From contig DASQGW010000203.1 of the NCBI GenBank assembly GCA_035632415.1, positions 1,176 to 65,175 on the forward strand: 64,000 nucleotides of DNA, read 5' to 3'. Every line of letters begins with the position of its first letter. Position 1 is the stretch's first letter. The notes under the pieces were generated by a model. It was not told the origin of the DNA. It did no database searches and was given only the letters and a program-made list of their open reading frames with translations. This document shows, in pieces, positions 8,259 through 17,306 of this stretch. This stretch comes from Burkholderiales bacterium. GTDB taxonomy: Bacteria; Pseudomonadota; Gammaproteobacteria; Burkholderiales; SG8-39. A program made the position numbers and the translations under genes.

Positions 8259-8590
8259 AGCGTTCCCCTCGAATTCACGATAACACGGGCCCGCAACGCA
8301 CGCGCCAGTAGAAGCGACTGTCACGCGGTTGCAAATTCACGACGTGGGCCGCCACGTCGCAAGACCTGATTATCCCCAAGTCCTGAAACGCGCCGCCCAG
8401 GCGGCTTAGCTGCAATCCCCGCGCGCCCCTCAGCTCGAGGTGAAGGGGACGACAGCGGGAGCAGCTAGGCAAGCCGCCGAACGGGCGGCTTAAGCATTTC
8501 CATTCGTGTAGCTCCCCTCCCGTCCCCAGCGGGGAGGCGAAGAGAACTCCGCATGAGCAGCAGTTTTTTTTAACAGGCCAAGGAGGCCCA

Positions 8591-9220
8591 GTGCTCAGGC
8601 GCGAAGTCACCCATGCAACCGACCTCGATTTGCTGACCGTGCTTATCGGGGATCGCAAGAAGGCAGCGAAGCTATTCGCGAAGGCGAAGTTTTCGCTCTT
8701 TGCCCTGCTCCATTCCCAGCCCACCGAGAACGGGGACCTCTTCTGCGCCGAACGGGCGAGCGCCTACGGGGACGAGCCGATCATGAAGCTACAGGCGGCC
8801 GTGGAGCTTGCAGCCCGGACGCTCACCGAGCAGCTAACGAGCAAGACGAGCCTGACCAGCCCCGGAGCCGTGCGCGATCTGCTCAGGCTGAAACTCGCAG
8901 GCCTGCCGCACGAAGTCTTTATGTGCATCTACCTCGATGCTCAGCACCGGGTTATCGCCGTCGAGGAGCTTTTCCGGGGAACGCTGACACAGACAAGCGT
9001 TTATCCCCGCGAAGTAGTGAAGGCAGCGCTCCGAGCCAATGCCGCCGCAGTCATCTTCGCTCACAACCATCCCTCGGGCGTAGCGCAGCCCTCCCAAGCG
9101 GACGAGCTATTGACCCGCAACCTCCGGGAAGCGCTGTCCCTCGTCGAAATCAAGGTCCTCGATCACTTCATCGTCGCCGGCAATCAGGCGCTCAGCTTTG
9201 CCGAGCGAGGCCTTCTGTAA
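8591..9220 (+). CDS. radC: RadC-like JAB-domain protein
   Basis: C-terminal JAMM-like core [25 protein letters not shown] start preceded by AAGGAGG. Confidence 0.85.
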   Translation: MLRREVTHATDLDLLTVLIGDRKKAAKLFAKAKFSLFALLHSQPTENGDLFCAERASAYGDEPIMKLQAAVELAARTLTEQLTSKTSLTSPGAVRDLLRLKLAGLPHEVFMCIYLDAQHRVIAVEELFRGTLTQTSVYPREVVKAALRANAAAVIFAHNHPSGVAQPSQADELLTRNLREALSLVEIKVLDHFIVAGNQALSFAERGLL

Positions 9221-9264
9221 CCGTTTTTCCACGCAGTACAAACCAACCGAAAGGAGAAGTAAAG

Positions 9265-9603
9265 ATGGAATCAGCACAAGCACTCGCAGTCGTTCGCAGC
9301 CTTGCCAATGGGGTCGACCCGGAATCGGGAGAAGTCTTCCCGCCGGAGAGCACCTACCAGCGCCCGCTGGTGGTCCGAGCCCTCTACGAAGCCGCAAGCG
9401 CCTTGGAGCGCACCGAGCGCTTCGAGCGCCGCAAGTCTCAGATGCCCGCCAAGACGGGCGAGCCGTGGAGCGAGGACGAGGACCGTAAGCTCCTCGCCGC
9501 CTTCGACGCTGGCCGAGCGCTTCAAGAACTCGCCGCCGCGCATGAACGCACGATGGGCGCGGTACGGGCCCGCCTGCTCAAGTACGGGCGCATAAACGCT
9601 TAA
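9265..9603 (+). CDS. Small hypothetical protein with a Myb/SANT-like C-terminal helix bundle
   Basis: ATG preceded by AAGGAG (9251-9256). The C-terminus GEPWSEDEDRKLLAAFDAGRALQELAAAHERTMGAVRARLLKYG looks Myb-like. Followed by a terminator. Confidence 0.6.
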   Translation: MESAQALAVVRSLANGVDPESGEVFPPESTYQRPLVVRALYEAASALERTERFERRKSQMPAKTGEPWSEDEDRKLLAAFDAGRALQELAAAHERTMGAVRARLLKYGRINA

Positions 9604-9617
9604 GCGCCGTTCATTGA

Positions 9618-9644
9618 GGCCGGGATTAACAGTCCCGGCCTTTT
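9618..9644 (+). terminator. Rho-independent terminator after the 9265-9603 gene
   Basis: GGCCGGGA-ttaacag-TCCCGGCC followed by TTTT. Confidence 0.55.
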
Positions 9645-9653
9645 GTCGTCCAT

Positions 9654-9679
9654 AAAAAACGAGGTGCTGCGCCCCTCGT
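9654..9679 (-). terminator. Rho-independent terminator after the integrase gene
   Basis: On the minus strand: ACGAGG-ggcgcagca-CCTCGT followed by TTTTTT. Confidence 0.45.
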
Positions 9680-9689
9680 TGCTCCCGCC

Positions 9690-10970
9690 CTATGCCGCCT
9701 TGGCGGCCGAAATAGGGACGACGTTCCGCGATTTCAGTGCGTCCATGTGGTCAGCCCATTTTTGCAGCCAGCTTCGCGCCTCAGCGTCGTAGCTATGTCG
9801 GTCGTAAATGGCCGATACGGAATTGTCGACGTGATTCAGAATCCGATCCTGGACGACCCGCGGACAGCCGAGCCTCGCAAGTCCGGTTGCCACCGTCCGG
9901 CGCAGATCGTGAACTGTCCAGGGAACTTCGATGGGATCCTTGTTCCCGCTATTCGGTTCCATGTGGCGCGCAGTGTACTGGGCAAGCCCGAGCGCCTTTT
10001 GGGCGACGTGCTGACCCGCGATCCTGGACGGGAATACGAACGTCTTGTCGATTCCTTGCCGATACTTGAGAAGCTCGACGGCCTGCTCCGGAAGCATCGC
10101 GTCGTGCGGCTCACCGTTCTTCGTCTCGCGCATGGTCCAGACGCCCCGCTCGAGATCGATGTCCCGCCATCGCGCCGCGATCACTTCGCCGGACCGGCAG
10201 CCGGTCAACAGCACCAGCAGCAGCGATTCCCGAATGATCCGGCTATACGGACTGTGCGGCAGCCATCTCAGGAAGCTGGCGAGCTCGGCATCGGTCAAGG
10301 CGCGCTTCCTGCGCACCTGCGACGCCCCTTTGATCCCGAGCGTCGGCGAGTTGAAGGAATCCGGCAACCGCCCCTGCTCCACAGCGTGCACGTAGGCGCA
10401 GCGGATGCGGGATAGAAGCTGCGTGGCCTTGCGCGGATGCTTGAGTAGCGTCGGGCGGATTAGCTCGTCCTGGAGCTCGCGCCGCGTGAGCTCGCTTGCC
10501 GATTTGGTGCCGAACAACGGAACAAAGTCTCGCCGCAGCAGACGGGCGGATTCGGCGCCGCGCTTCTGCTTCGAGAGCGCTTCCTTGATGTATTCCTCTA
10601 CCAGGTCGCCGGCGGTGTACTCGCGCTCTCGCTCCGCCGCGCGCTTGCGCATTGCCTCCTCGCGCGCTTTTCGTTTCTCTAGTTGCGGGTCCTTGCCCTG
10701 CTGTCGCTCGAGGCGCTTTTTCAGTGCGGCATCGCGCGCCTTCGCGAGCGTCAATGGGCCGACGTCGCCCAGGATAATCTCGCGCAGAGCCCTGTCCCGC
10801 GAGCGGTAGCGATAGAAGAAGACCTTTTTGCCCGTGGCCGAGGAACGCACGCGCAGTCCAGCCACTTGCGTGTCGCCGCGGTCCTCTCCGGGCGCCATGT
10901 CGGCGATAATCGCCGCGGTCAGGGGCCCTGGTTTTTTCAGTGTAGGTTTTAGTGTAGGTAGCTTCGACAT
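9690..10970 (-). CDS. Tyrosine recombinase / phage-type integrase
   Basis: Catalytic residues in LLTGCRSGEV (R), HDLRRT (H-x-x-R) and SAIYDRHSY (Y). The ATG at 10970 is preceded by GGGAGG; the ORF-track start at 10982 is an alternative. Confidence 0.9.
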   Translation of the reverse strand: MSKLPTLKPTLKKPGPLTAAIIADMAPGEDRGDTQVAGLRVRSSATGKKVFFYRYRSRDRALREIILGDVGPLTLAKARDAALKKRLERQQGKDPQLEKRKAREEAMRKRAAEREREYTAGDLVEEYIKEALSKQKRGAESARLLRRDFVPLFGTKSASELTRRELQDELIRPTLLKHPRKATQLLSRIRCAYVHAVEQGRLPDSFNSPTLGIKGASQVRRKRALTDAELASFLRWLPHSPYSRIIRESLLLVLLTGCRSGEVIAARWRDIDLERGVWTMRETKNGEPHDAMLPEQAVELLKYRQGIDKTFVFPSRIAGQHVAQKALGLAQYTARHMEPNSGNKDPIEVPWTVHDLRRTVATGLARLGCPRVVQDRILNHVDNSVSAIYDRHSYDAEARSWLQKWADHMDALKSRNVVPISAAKAA

Positions 10971-11015
10971 CGTGCCTCCCATTGGTTCGACCTACACCGC
11001 CACCTACACTGAAAA
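10934..11015. repeat. 26-bp imperfect inverted repeat bracketing the integrase RBS and start codon
   Basis: TTTTCAGTGTAGGTtttaGTGTAGGT (10934-10959) pairs with ACCTACACcgccACCTACACTGAAAA (10990-11015). 22 of 26 positions are complementary. Each arm contains a tandem GTGTAGGT unit. Confidence 0.6.
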
Positions 11016-11165
11016 GACCGGCAAGGACTTGCAAGAACTTGCCTGGACTTGTACAGAAAAGCTGTCGGTGAAGGTCACTTTTCCTTGGAACGACAAGACC
11101 TTATAACGCAAAAGGCGAGCGCCGACAAGGGCCCCGGTGAAATCGGGAATTCAGGTCACACGCCC

Positions 11166-13670
11166 ATGATGCAGCAATACCTGCGCATCAAGGGCGAGCA
11201 TCCGAACGTCCTCGTGTTCTACCGGATGGGCGACTTCTACGAGCTCTTCTACGACGACGCCGAGAAGGGCGCGCGGCTGCTCGACATCACCCTCACCTCG
11301 CGCGGCCAGTCGGCGGGCGCGCCGGTGAAGATGGCAGGCGTCCCGGTGCATTCCGTCGAGCAATACCTCGCAAGACTGGTGAAGCTCGGCGAATCGGTGG
11401 CGATTTGCGAGCAGGTGGGCGATGTGGCGAGCGCCAAGGGCCCGGTGGATCGGCAAGTGACGCGCATCGTCACCCCGGGAACGCTCACCGACTCGTCGCT
11501 CCTCGAAGACAAGGCCGACAACATCCTGCTTTCCATCTCCAGGGATAAGAGCACGGTGGGCCTCGCATGGCTCTCGCTCGCCAGCGGCACGCTGCGCGTC
11601 GCCGAAGTGGCGCCGCAAGCATTGCAGAACGAGCTGCGCCGCATCGCTCCAGCGGAGGTCCTGGTCGCCGAAGGCGTCGTGCTCGACGGCTATTTCACGA
11701 CACGGCTGCCGCCCTGGCACTTCGACATCGAGGCCGGCAAGCGCAAGCTCTTGAAGCAGCTCGGCGCGGGCACTCTCGCCGGCTTCGGGGTGGAGGACAT
11801 GACGCTCGCGGTCGGCGCCTGCGGCGCGCTCCTCGAGTACGCCGGCAAGACCCAGGGCCAGGCACTCGCGCATGTCACCGCAGTCACCGCCGAGCGGGCA
11901 GGCGAGTACGTGCGCCTCGACGCGGCGACGCGACGCAATCTCGAGCTCACGGAAACGCTGCGCGGCGAGCCTGCGCCCACGCTCTTTTCACTGTTGGACG
12001 AATGCGCCACCGGCATGGGCAGCCGCCTGCTGCGTCACTGGCTGCACCACCCGTTGCGCGACCGCGAAGCGCTGAAGCACCGTCATGAGGCCGTGGCGTG
12101 CCTTGTTGACTCGTTCAATGAGATTCACCGCGTGCTGCGCGGCTTCTCGGACGTAGAGCGCATCACGGCCCGCGTTGCGCTGAAAAGCGCTCGCCCGCGC
12201 GAGCTTGCCGGCCTGCGCGAGACTCTCCAGCAGCTTGGCGCGCTTCGCGACGCCACGAATCGAGGTGAGACCCCTCCTCTTCTTCGGCAATTGGTCTCGG
12301 ATCTCGCGACCCCCGACGAGTGCATCGCCCTTCTGCAGAAGTCGCTGAAGGAGGAGCCGGCGGCGCGCGTCGTCGACGGCGGCGTGATCGCCGACGGCCA
12401 TAGCGCGGAGCTCGATGAGCTGCGCGGATTGCAGACCAACGCCGGCGCCTTCCTCGCGGAGCTCGAGGCGCGCGAGCGCGCGCGCACGGGCATCCCGAAC
12501 CTGAAGGTCGCCTACAACTCGGTGCATGGGTACTACATCGAGGTGAGCAACGCGCAAGCGGAGAAAGTGCCCGTCGACTACCGCCGGCGGCAGACGCTGA
12601 AAAATGCCGAGCGCTATATCACGCCGGAGCTGAAGACTTTCGAGGACAAGGCGCTCTCCGCTCGCGACCGAGCGCTCGCGCTGGAGAAATCGCTCTACGA
12701 CGCCCTGCTCGACTCTCTGAACGCGCACGTCCCTCAGTTGCAGCGCATTGCGCGGGCGCTGTCGCAGCTCGACGTGCTGGCGGGCTTCGGCGCGGCCGCG
12801 GCGAGACGCAGCTATGTCCGGCCGCAGTTCGTGGACGAACGGCAGATCGAGATCGACGCCGGGCGACACCCGGTGGTGGAAGCACAGATCGACAATTTCA
12901 TTGCCAATGATTGCCGCCTCTCGGCCACGCGCGCGCTGCTGCTCATTACCGGCCCCAACATGGGCGGCAAGTCCACCTACATGCGCCAGGTCGCGCTCAT
13001 CGTGCTCATGTCGCACATCGGGTCCTTCGTGCCGGCCAAGGGCGCCCGCATCGGGCCGATCGACCAGATCTTCACGCGCATCGGCGCTGCCGATGACCTC
13101 GCCGGCGGTCGCTCGACCTTCATGGTCGAGATGACCGAGAGCGCATCGATACTGCACAACGCCACGGCGCAAAGCCTCGTGCTGATGGATGAGGTCGGGC
13201 GCGGCACGTCGACCTTCGATGGCCTCGCGCTCGCCTGGGCGATCGCGCGGCACTTGGTCGAGCGCAACCGCTCCCTCAGCCTCTTCGCCACGCACTACTT
13301 CGAGATGACGCGCCTCGCGCTCGAGTACAAGGAGGTTAAGAACGTGCACCTGGATGCGGTCGAGCACAAGGACACGGTCGTCTTCCTCCATGCGGTGGAG
13401 GAAGGCCCGGCGAGCCAGAGCTACGGCCTGCAGGTCGCCGCGCTCGCCGGCGTGCCGAAGGACGTGATCCGCCGGGCGCGCAAGTATCTCGAGCTTCTCG
13501 AGGAATCGGCCGTCGGCCGCGGCGGCCAGGACGATTTGTTCGCCAGGACGCGCGCCGCCGAACCGGAACCGCCAGCCGACGCGCTGCGCGACGAGCTTGC
13601 GAAGATCAATCCCGACGAGCTCTCGCCGCGCGAGGCGCTCGAGCTCCTTTACCGCCTCAAGAAGCTCTAG
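11166..13670 (+). CDS. mutS: DNA mismatch repair protein MutS
   Basis: [33 protein letters not shown]-terminus, Walker [14 protein letters not shown], and STFMVEM. The internal ATG at 11166 is chosen over the ORF-track start at 11049. Confidence 0.95.
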   Translation: MMQQYLRIKGEHPNVLVFYRMGDFYELFYDDAEKGARLLDITLTSRGQSAGAPVKMAGVPVHSVEQYLARLVKLGESVAICEQVGDVASAKGPVDRQVTRIVTPGTLTDSSLLEDKADNILLSISRDKSTVGLAWLSLASGTLRVAEVAPQALQNELRRIAPAEVLVAEGVVLDGYFTTRLPPWHFDIEAGKRKLLKQLGAGTLAGFGVEDMTLAVGACGALLEYAGKTQGQALAHVTAVTAERAGEYVRLDAATRRNLELTETLRGEPAPTLFSLLDECATGMGSRLLRHWLHHPLRDREALKHRHEAVACLVDSFNEIHRVLRGFSDVERITARVALKSARPRELAGLRETLQQLGALRDATNRGETPPLLRQLVSDLATPDECIALLQKSLKEEPAARVVDGGVIADGHSAELDELRGLQTNAGAFLAELEARERARTGIPNLKVAYNSVHGYYIEVSNAQAEKVPVDYRRRQTLKNAERYITPELKTFEDKALSARDRALALEKSLYDALLDSLNAHVPQLQRIARALSQLDVLAGFGAAAARRSYVRPQFVDERQIEIDAGRHPVVEAQIDNFIANDCRLSATRALLLITGPNMGGKSTYMRQVALIVLMSHIGSFVPAKGARIGPIDQIFTRIGAADDLAGGRSTFMVEMTESASILHNATAQSLVLMDEVGRGTSTFDGLALAWAIARHLVERNRSLSLFATHYFEMTRLALEYKEVKNVHLDAVEHKDTVVFLHAVEEGPASQSYGLQVAALAGVPKDVIRRARKYLELLEESAVGRGGQDDLFARTRAAEPEPPADALRDELAKINPDELSPREALELLYRLKKL

Positions 13671-14633
13671 TCACCACTTCGGCTTCAGGCCGAGGAGCCT
13701 GGCCGAGTCGTTGAGCTGTTTCGTCTGGTCCTCGATCGACTGGGCGAATTCAGCTGCGTTGCCCGGCACGTTGAGCTGCGCGGTGGCAGCGAGGCGCTCG
13801 GCGACCAGCGAGTCCTGCGATACGGTCTTGATGTCGGCGGCAATCCGATTCTTCGCCGCCTCCGAGAGATTGCTCGAACGCGCCGCGATGATGCCGACCA
13901 GCCCTTCGAAGTCGAGCCCCGGGTAGCCGAGCTCCGAAACGGTGGGAAGGTCGAGGCCCGGCACGCGGTGACGCGCCTGCACAGCGAGGAGCTTCACCTT
14001 GCCCGACTGCACCGCGGGCCGCACGATCGCATAGGCGGAGCTATAGAGATGCAGGCGCTCCGAGATGAGGTCGTTCACCGCCTCGGCCGGGACCTTGTAG
14101 CGCACATGCGCCGCCTCGATGCCCTGCGTCTTGAGGAAACCCTCGAGGATGATGTCGGTCATGGTGACCGCGGTCGTCCAGTTCAGCCAGCCGCGCTTCT
14201 CCCTGGCCATCGTGAGGATGTCCTTCAGCGAGCCGACGTTCATGCTCGCCGGCACTTCGAGCGTGACCACGGTGCCGGAGACGCGCGCCACGGGCACCAG
14301 CTCCTTCGGGTCGTAGGGAAGCTGCTCGAGGCTGTAAGGATGGCCGACGAAGTTCGCCGTCGGTCCCCACATCAGGACGTGATCGTCCTTGGCCTGGATC
14401 ACTGCGTTGATGGCGATGACGCCGTCGCCGCCGGGCTTGTTCTCCACGATCACCGGCTGGCCCCACATCCGGGTGAGGCGGTCGGCATAGAGCCGCGCGC
14501 CGATATCCGCGCCCGATCCGGGTCCGAGAGAAAGAACGAACCGCACCGGCTTGTGCGGCCAGTCCTGCGCGAGCGCCGAAGCGGCGGGAAACGCCAGCGC
14601 GAACGCGGCGAGAATGCGAAACAGCGTCTTCAT
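13671..14633 (-). CDS. Bug-family (TctC-like) tripartite tricarboxylate transporter substrate-binding protein
   Basis: Signal peptide MKTLFRILAAFALAFPAASALAQDWP, then KPVRFVLSLGPGSGADIGARL, typical of Bug proteins. Its stop abuts the mutS stop. Confidence 0.85.
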   Translation of the reverse strand: MKTLFRILAAFALAFPAASALAQDWPHKPVRFVLSLGPGSGADIGARLYADRLTRMWGQPVIVENKPGGDGVIAINAVIQAKDDHVLMWGPTANFVGHPYSLEQLPYDPKELVPVARVSGTVVTLEVPASMNVGSLKDILTMAREKRGWLNWTTAVTMTDIILEGFLKTQGIEAAHVRYKVPAEAVNDLISERLHLYSSAYAIVRPAVQSGKVKLLAVQARHRVPGLDLPTVSELGYPGLDFEGLVGIIAARSSNLSEAAKNRIAADIKTVSQDSLVAERLAATAQLNVPGNAAEFAQSIEDQTKQLNDSARLLGLKPKW

Positions 14634-14674
14634 CGGGTCTATCCTCCTCTCGATATACTCGCCGACACCCCTGC

Positions 14675-15082
14675 ATGAATGCAATACGAAAAGTCGGAAT
14701 GCTCGGCCTGGGCAAGATGGGCGCGCCAATGGCACGTCACCTCATCGCGCGAGCAGGCGGCCAGGTCGGCAAGATGGTGAACAACCTCATCCTCTGGGCG
14801 TGCACGTCGGCGAACGACGAGGGTTTGCGGCTCGGCGAAGCCCTGGGCGTCAAGGCCGAGAAGCTCCGCGCGGCGCTGCATCACTCGAGCGCGCAGAACC
14901 GGTCGATGGACCAGCGGGCCGAGCTCTCCGGCATGCCGTGGGCGGAGAAAGACATGCGCATCGTGCTGCACGAGGCGGATCTCGCGCGCCTCGCCCTGCC
15001 GCTCTGCGGTACGGTGAAAGAAACGATCCAGGACCTGAAGGTCCGGCTCGGCTACGGGCTGCCGGAGGGAGCGCAAGAGTGA
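14675..15082 (+). pseudogene. Internally deleted 3-hydroxyisobutyrate-dehydrogenase-like (NAD-binding) gene remnant
   Basis: The Rossmann start KVGMLGLGKMGAPMARHLIARAG joins directly to the C-terminal helical domain (GQVGKMVNNLILWACTSANDEGLRLGEALGV). The product is 135 aa, whereas my general knowledge of this family puts it near 290 aa. Confidence 0.5.
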
Positions 15083-15897
15083 CCTTCACCGACATCGGCG
15101 CGAACCTCACGCACTCGAGCTTCCACGGCGACCTGGACGCCGTGCTCGCTCGGGCCTCGGCAGCAGGCGTATCGACGATCGTGGTCACCGGCACGACGGT
15201 CCTGGAAAGCGAGATGGCGGCGCAGATCGCCGAGCGCCTCGATCTCTATTCGACGGTTGGCGTCCATCCGCACCATGCGCGTGACTGCGGCCCGGCCACC
15301 ATCGGGGAGCTGCGAGAGCTCGCGAGGCATCCGCGCGTCGTCGCCATCGGGGAGTGCGGCCTCGACTTCAACCGCAACTATTCGCCCCATCCGGACCAGG
15401 AGAAATGGTTCATCGCGCAGCTCGAGCTCGGCCTCGAACTCGGGCTTCCGCTTTTCCTGCACTCGCGCGATGCGCATCCGCGTTTCGCCGAGATCCTGCG
15501 CCACCACCGCGTGCAGAACGCCGTGGCGCATTGCTTTACCGGCGAAAAAGACGAGCTGCACGCGTACCTGGATCTCGGGCTTTATATCGGCATCACCGGC
15601 TGGATCTGCGACGAGCGCCGCGGCACGCACCTTCTGCAGCTGGTGCGCGACATTCCCGCCGATCGCCTGCTCCTCGAGACGGATTCCCCGTATCTCACGC
15701 CGCGCGACATGCATCCGCAACCCAAGTCGCGGCGCAACGAGCCGGCGTTCCTGCCTCACATCGCAAAGGCCGTGGCGCGCGCGCTCGGCCGCCCGGCGGA
15801 GGAAGTCGCCGCCGAGACCACGCGCAACGCCCGGACGCTCTTCCGCCTCCGTGAATCTGGCGCATCTACTGTCGCGAAGCGCGCGGCTCGCGCCTGA
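15079..15897 (+). CDS. tatD: TatD-family metal-dependent hydrolase/DNase
   Basis: FTDIGANLTHSSF, VGVHPHHA, AIGECGLDFNR, LPLFLHSRDA, LLLETDSPYLTP. GTG start forms a GTGA overlap with the upstream stop. Confidence 0.85.
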   Translation: MTFTDIGANLTHSSFHGDLDAVLARASAAGVSTIVVTGTTVLESEMAAQIAERLDLYSTVGVHPHHARDCGPATIGELRELARHPRVVAIGECGLDFNRNYSPHPDQEKWFIAQLELGLELGLPLFLHSRDAHPRFAEILRHHRVQNAVAHCFTGEKDELHAYLDLGLYIGITGWICDERRGTHLLQLVRDIPADRLLLETDSPYLTPRDMHPQPKSRRNEPAFLPHIAKAVARALGRPAEEVAAETTRNARTLFRLRESGASTVAKRAARA

Positions 15898-17299
15898 TTC
15901 CCCCGCGATCGCGCTCGGTAAGCGAGCCGTGCGGTCCTATGGGCAGCTTGCGGATCGCGTCGCGCGCCTTGCCGCGGGTTTCCCGAGGCTGAATCTGGAA
16001 CCAGGAGATCGCGTCGGCCTCGCGATGAAGAATTGCGTCGAGTACCACGAGGTCCTCTTCGCCTGCTGGCACGCGGGTCTCGTCGCCGTGCCGATGAACG
16101 CCAAGCTCCACGCCAAGGAGTTCGCCTACATCCTGGAGAACTCGGGCGCGAAGGCGTGCTTCGTCACGAGCGACCTGGAAGCCGCGGTGCCGAGTGCCAC
16201 ACCGGTTAGTGAAATCGCAAAACTCCGCCGCGAGCCCATCCCGGTCGCCGAGCGCAAGCCCGACGACGCCGCGTGGCTGTTTTACACCAGCGGTACCACC
16301 GGAGTGCCGAAGGGCGCGGTGCTCACGCATCGCAACCTCCTCTTCCAGACGCAGGCCTATTTGGCCGACATCGACAAGCTGGACGCGGGCTGCTCGATCC
16401 TGCATCCGGCGCCGCTCTCGCACGGCTCGGGCTGCTATGCCCTGCCGCACTTCGCCGCGGGCGCGGTCAACGTCATCCCGGAAAGCGGGCACTTCGAGCC
16501 GGACGAGATCTTCGAGCTGCTGGACTTCTGGCCGGATTCATCCTTCTTCGCCGCGCCGACCATGGTGGTGCGCCTCCTCGCGGCAAAGAGCGCCCGGTCG
16601 CCGAAGCACCTCAAGACGCTCGTCTATGGCGGCGCACCGATGTACGTCGCCGATTCTCTGCGCGCGATCGAGCTCCTCGGCCCTCGCCTCTACCAGCTCT
16701 TCGGCCAGGGTGAAGCGCCGATGACGATTACCGGCCTCGGGCAGCAATTCCACAGGCGCAAGGCCCATCTGGAGACGTGCGGGATCGCGCGCACCGGCTG
16801 CGAGGTCCGGATCGTCGACGCCGAGGATCGCGAGCTCCCCGCGGGCGAGATCGGCGAGATCGTGACGCGCTCGGACTGCGTGATGGCGGGCTACTGGCAG
16901 AACCCCGAGGCGACGAAGAAGGCGCTACGCGGCGGCTGGCTGCATACGGGCGATGTCGGAGCCATGGATGAGGCCGGCTTCCTCACCATCCGCGACCGCT
17001 CGAAGGACATGATCATCTCCGGCGGCTCCAACATCTATCCGCGCGAGATCGAGGAAGTGCTGCTGCGCCATCCCGCGGTCGCCGAATGCTCCGTGGTCGG
17101 GCGGCCGCACGCGGAATGGGGCGAAGAGGTGGTGGCCTTCGTCGTCAAGAAAAGCGATCTGCGTCCGCAGGACCTGGACGAGCTCTGCCTGCAGAACATC
17201 GCGCGCTTCAAGCGCCCGCGCGAATACCGCTTCGTCGAGTCTTTGCCGAAAAATAATTACGGGAAGGTGCTGAAGACCGAGCTCAGGAAGCTTCTATAA
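15851..17299 (+). CDS. AMP-dependent acyl-CoA synthetase/ligase
   Basis: AMP-binding motif YTSGTTGVPKGAVLTH, then GWLHTGDVG and ISGGSNIYPREIE. GTG at 15851 gives the N-terminus VNLAHLLSRSA. Confidence 0.85.
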   Translation: MNLAHLLSRSARLAPDSPAIALGKRAVRSYGQLADRVARLAAGFPRLNLEPGDRVGLAMKNCVEYHEVLFACWHAGLVAVPMNAKLHAKEFAYILENSGAKACFVTSDLEAAVPSATPVSEIAKLRREPIPVAERKPDDAAWLFYTSGTTGVPKGAVLTHRNLLFQTQAYLADIDKLDAGCSILHPAPLSHGSGCYALPHFAAGAVNVIPESGHFEPDEIFELLDFWPDSSFFAAPTMVVRLLAAKSARSPKHLKTLVYGGAPMYVADSLRAIELLGPRLYQLFGQGEAPMTITGLGQQFHRRKAHLETCGIARTGCEVRIVDAEDRELPAGEIGEIVTRSDCVMAGYWQNPEATKKALRGGWLHTGDVGAMDEAGFLTIRDRSKDMIISGGSNIYPREIEEVLLRHPAVAECSVVGRPHAEWGEEVVAFVVKKSDLRPQDLDELCLQNIARFKRPREYRFVESLPKNNYGKVLKTELRKLL

Positions 17300-17306
17300 G
17301 CCCTAT

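Larger units (their letters stand above)
1..11015. mobile_element. Integrase-bounded genomic (defence-type) island; left end lies outside the window
   Basis: A tyrosine integrase sits at the right end, directly next to the core gene mutS. The cargo is AbiEi-like, XRE/ImmA, HNH, Ubl-E1-JAB, type I M/S and radC. Several stretches are visibly AT-richer (e.g. 1950-2300, 4550-5400) than the flanking core genes. Confidence 0.55.

Noticed and set aside
4542-9220. A hidden hsdR restriction subunit
   Set aside because: Every ORF of useful size in and around the M-S operon is accounted for. No helicase motifs (DEAD/DEAH, Walker A of HsdR) occur in any frame here.
10983-11165. Possible tRNA/tmRNA integration target next to the integrase
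   Set aside because: I could not fold a cloverleaf or find a T-loop (GTTCRANNC) or acceptor pairing by eye. This needs tRNAscan-SE to be certain.
11988-13391. 467-aa minus-strand ORF inside mutS
   Set aside because: Antisense shadow ORF. mutS on the plus strand is unambiguous.
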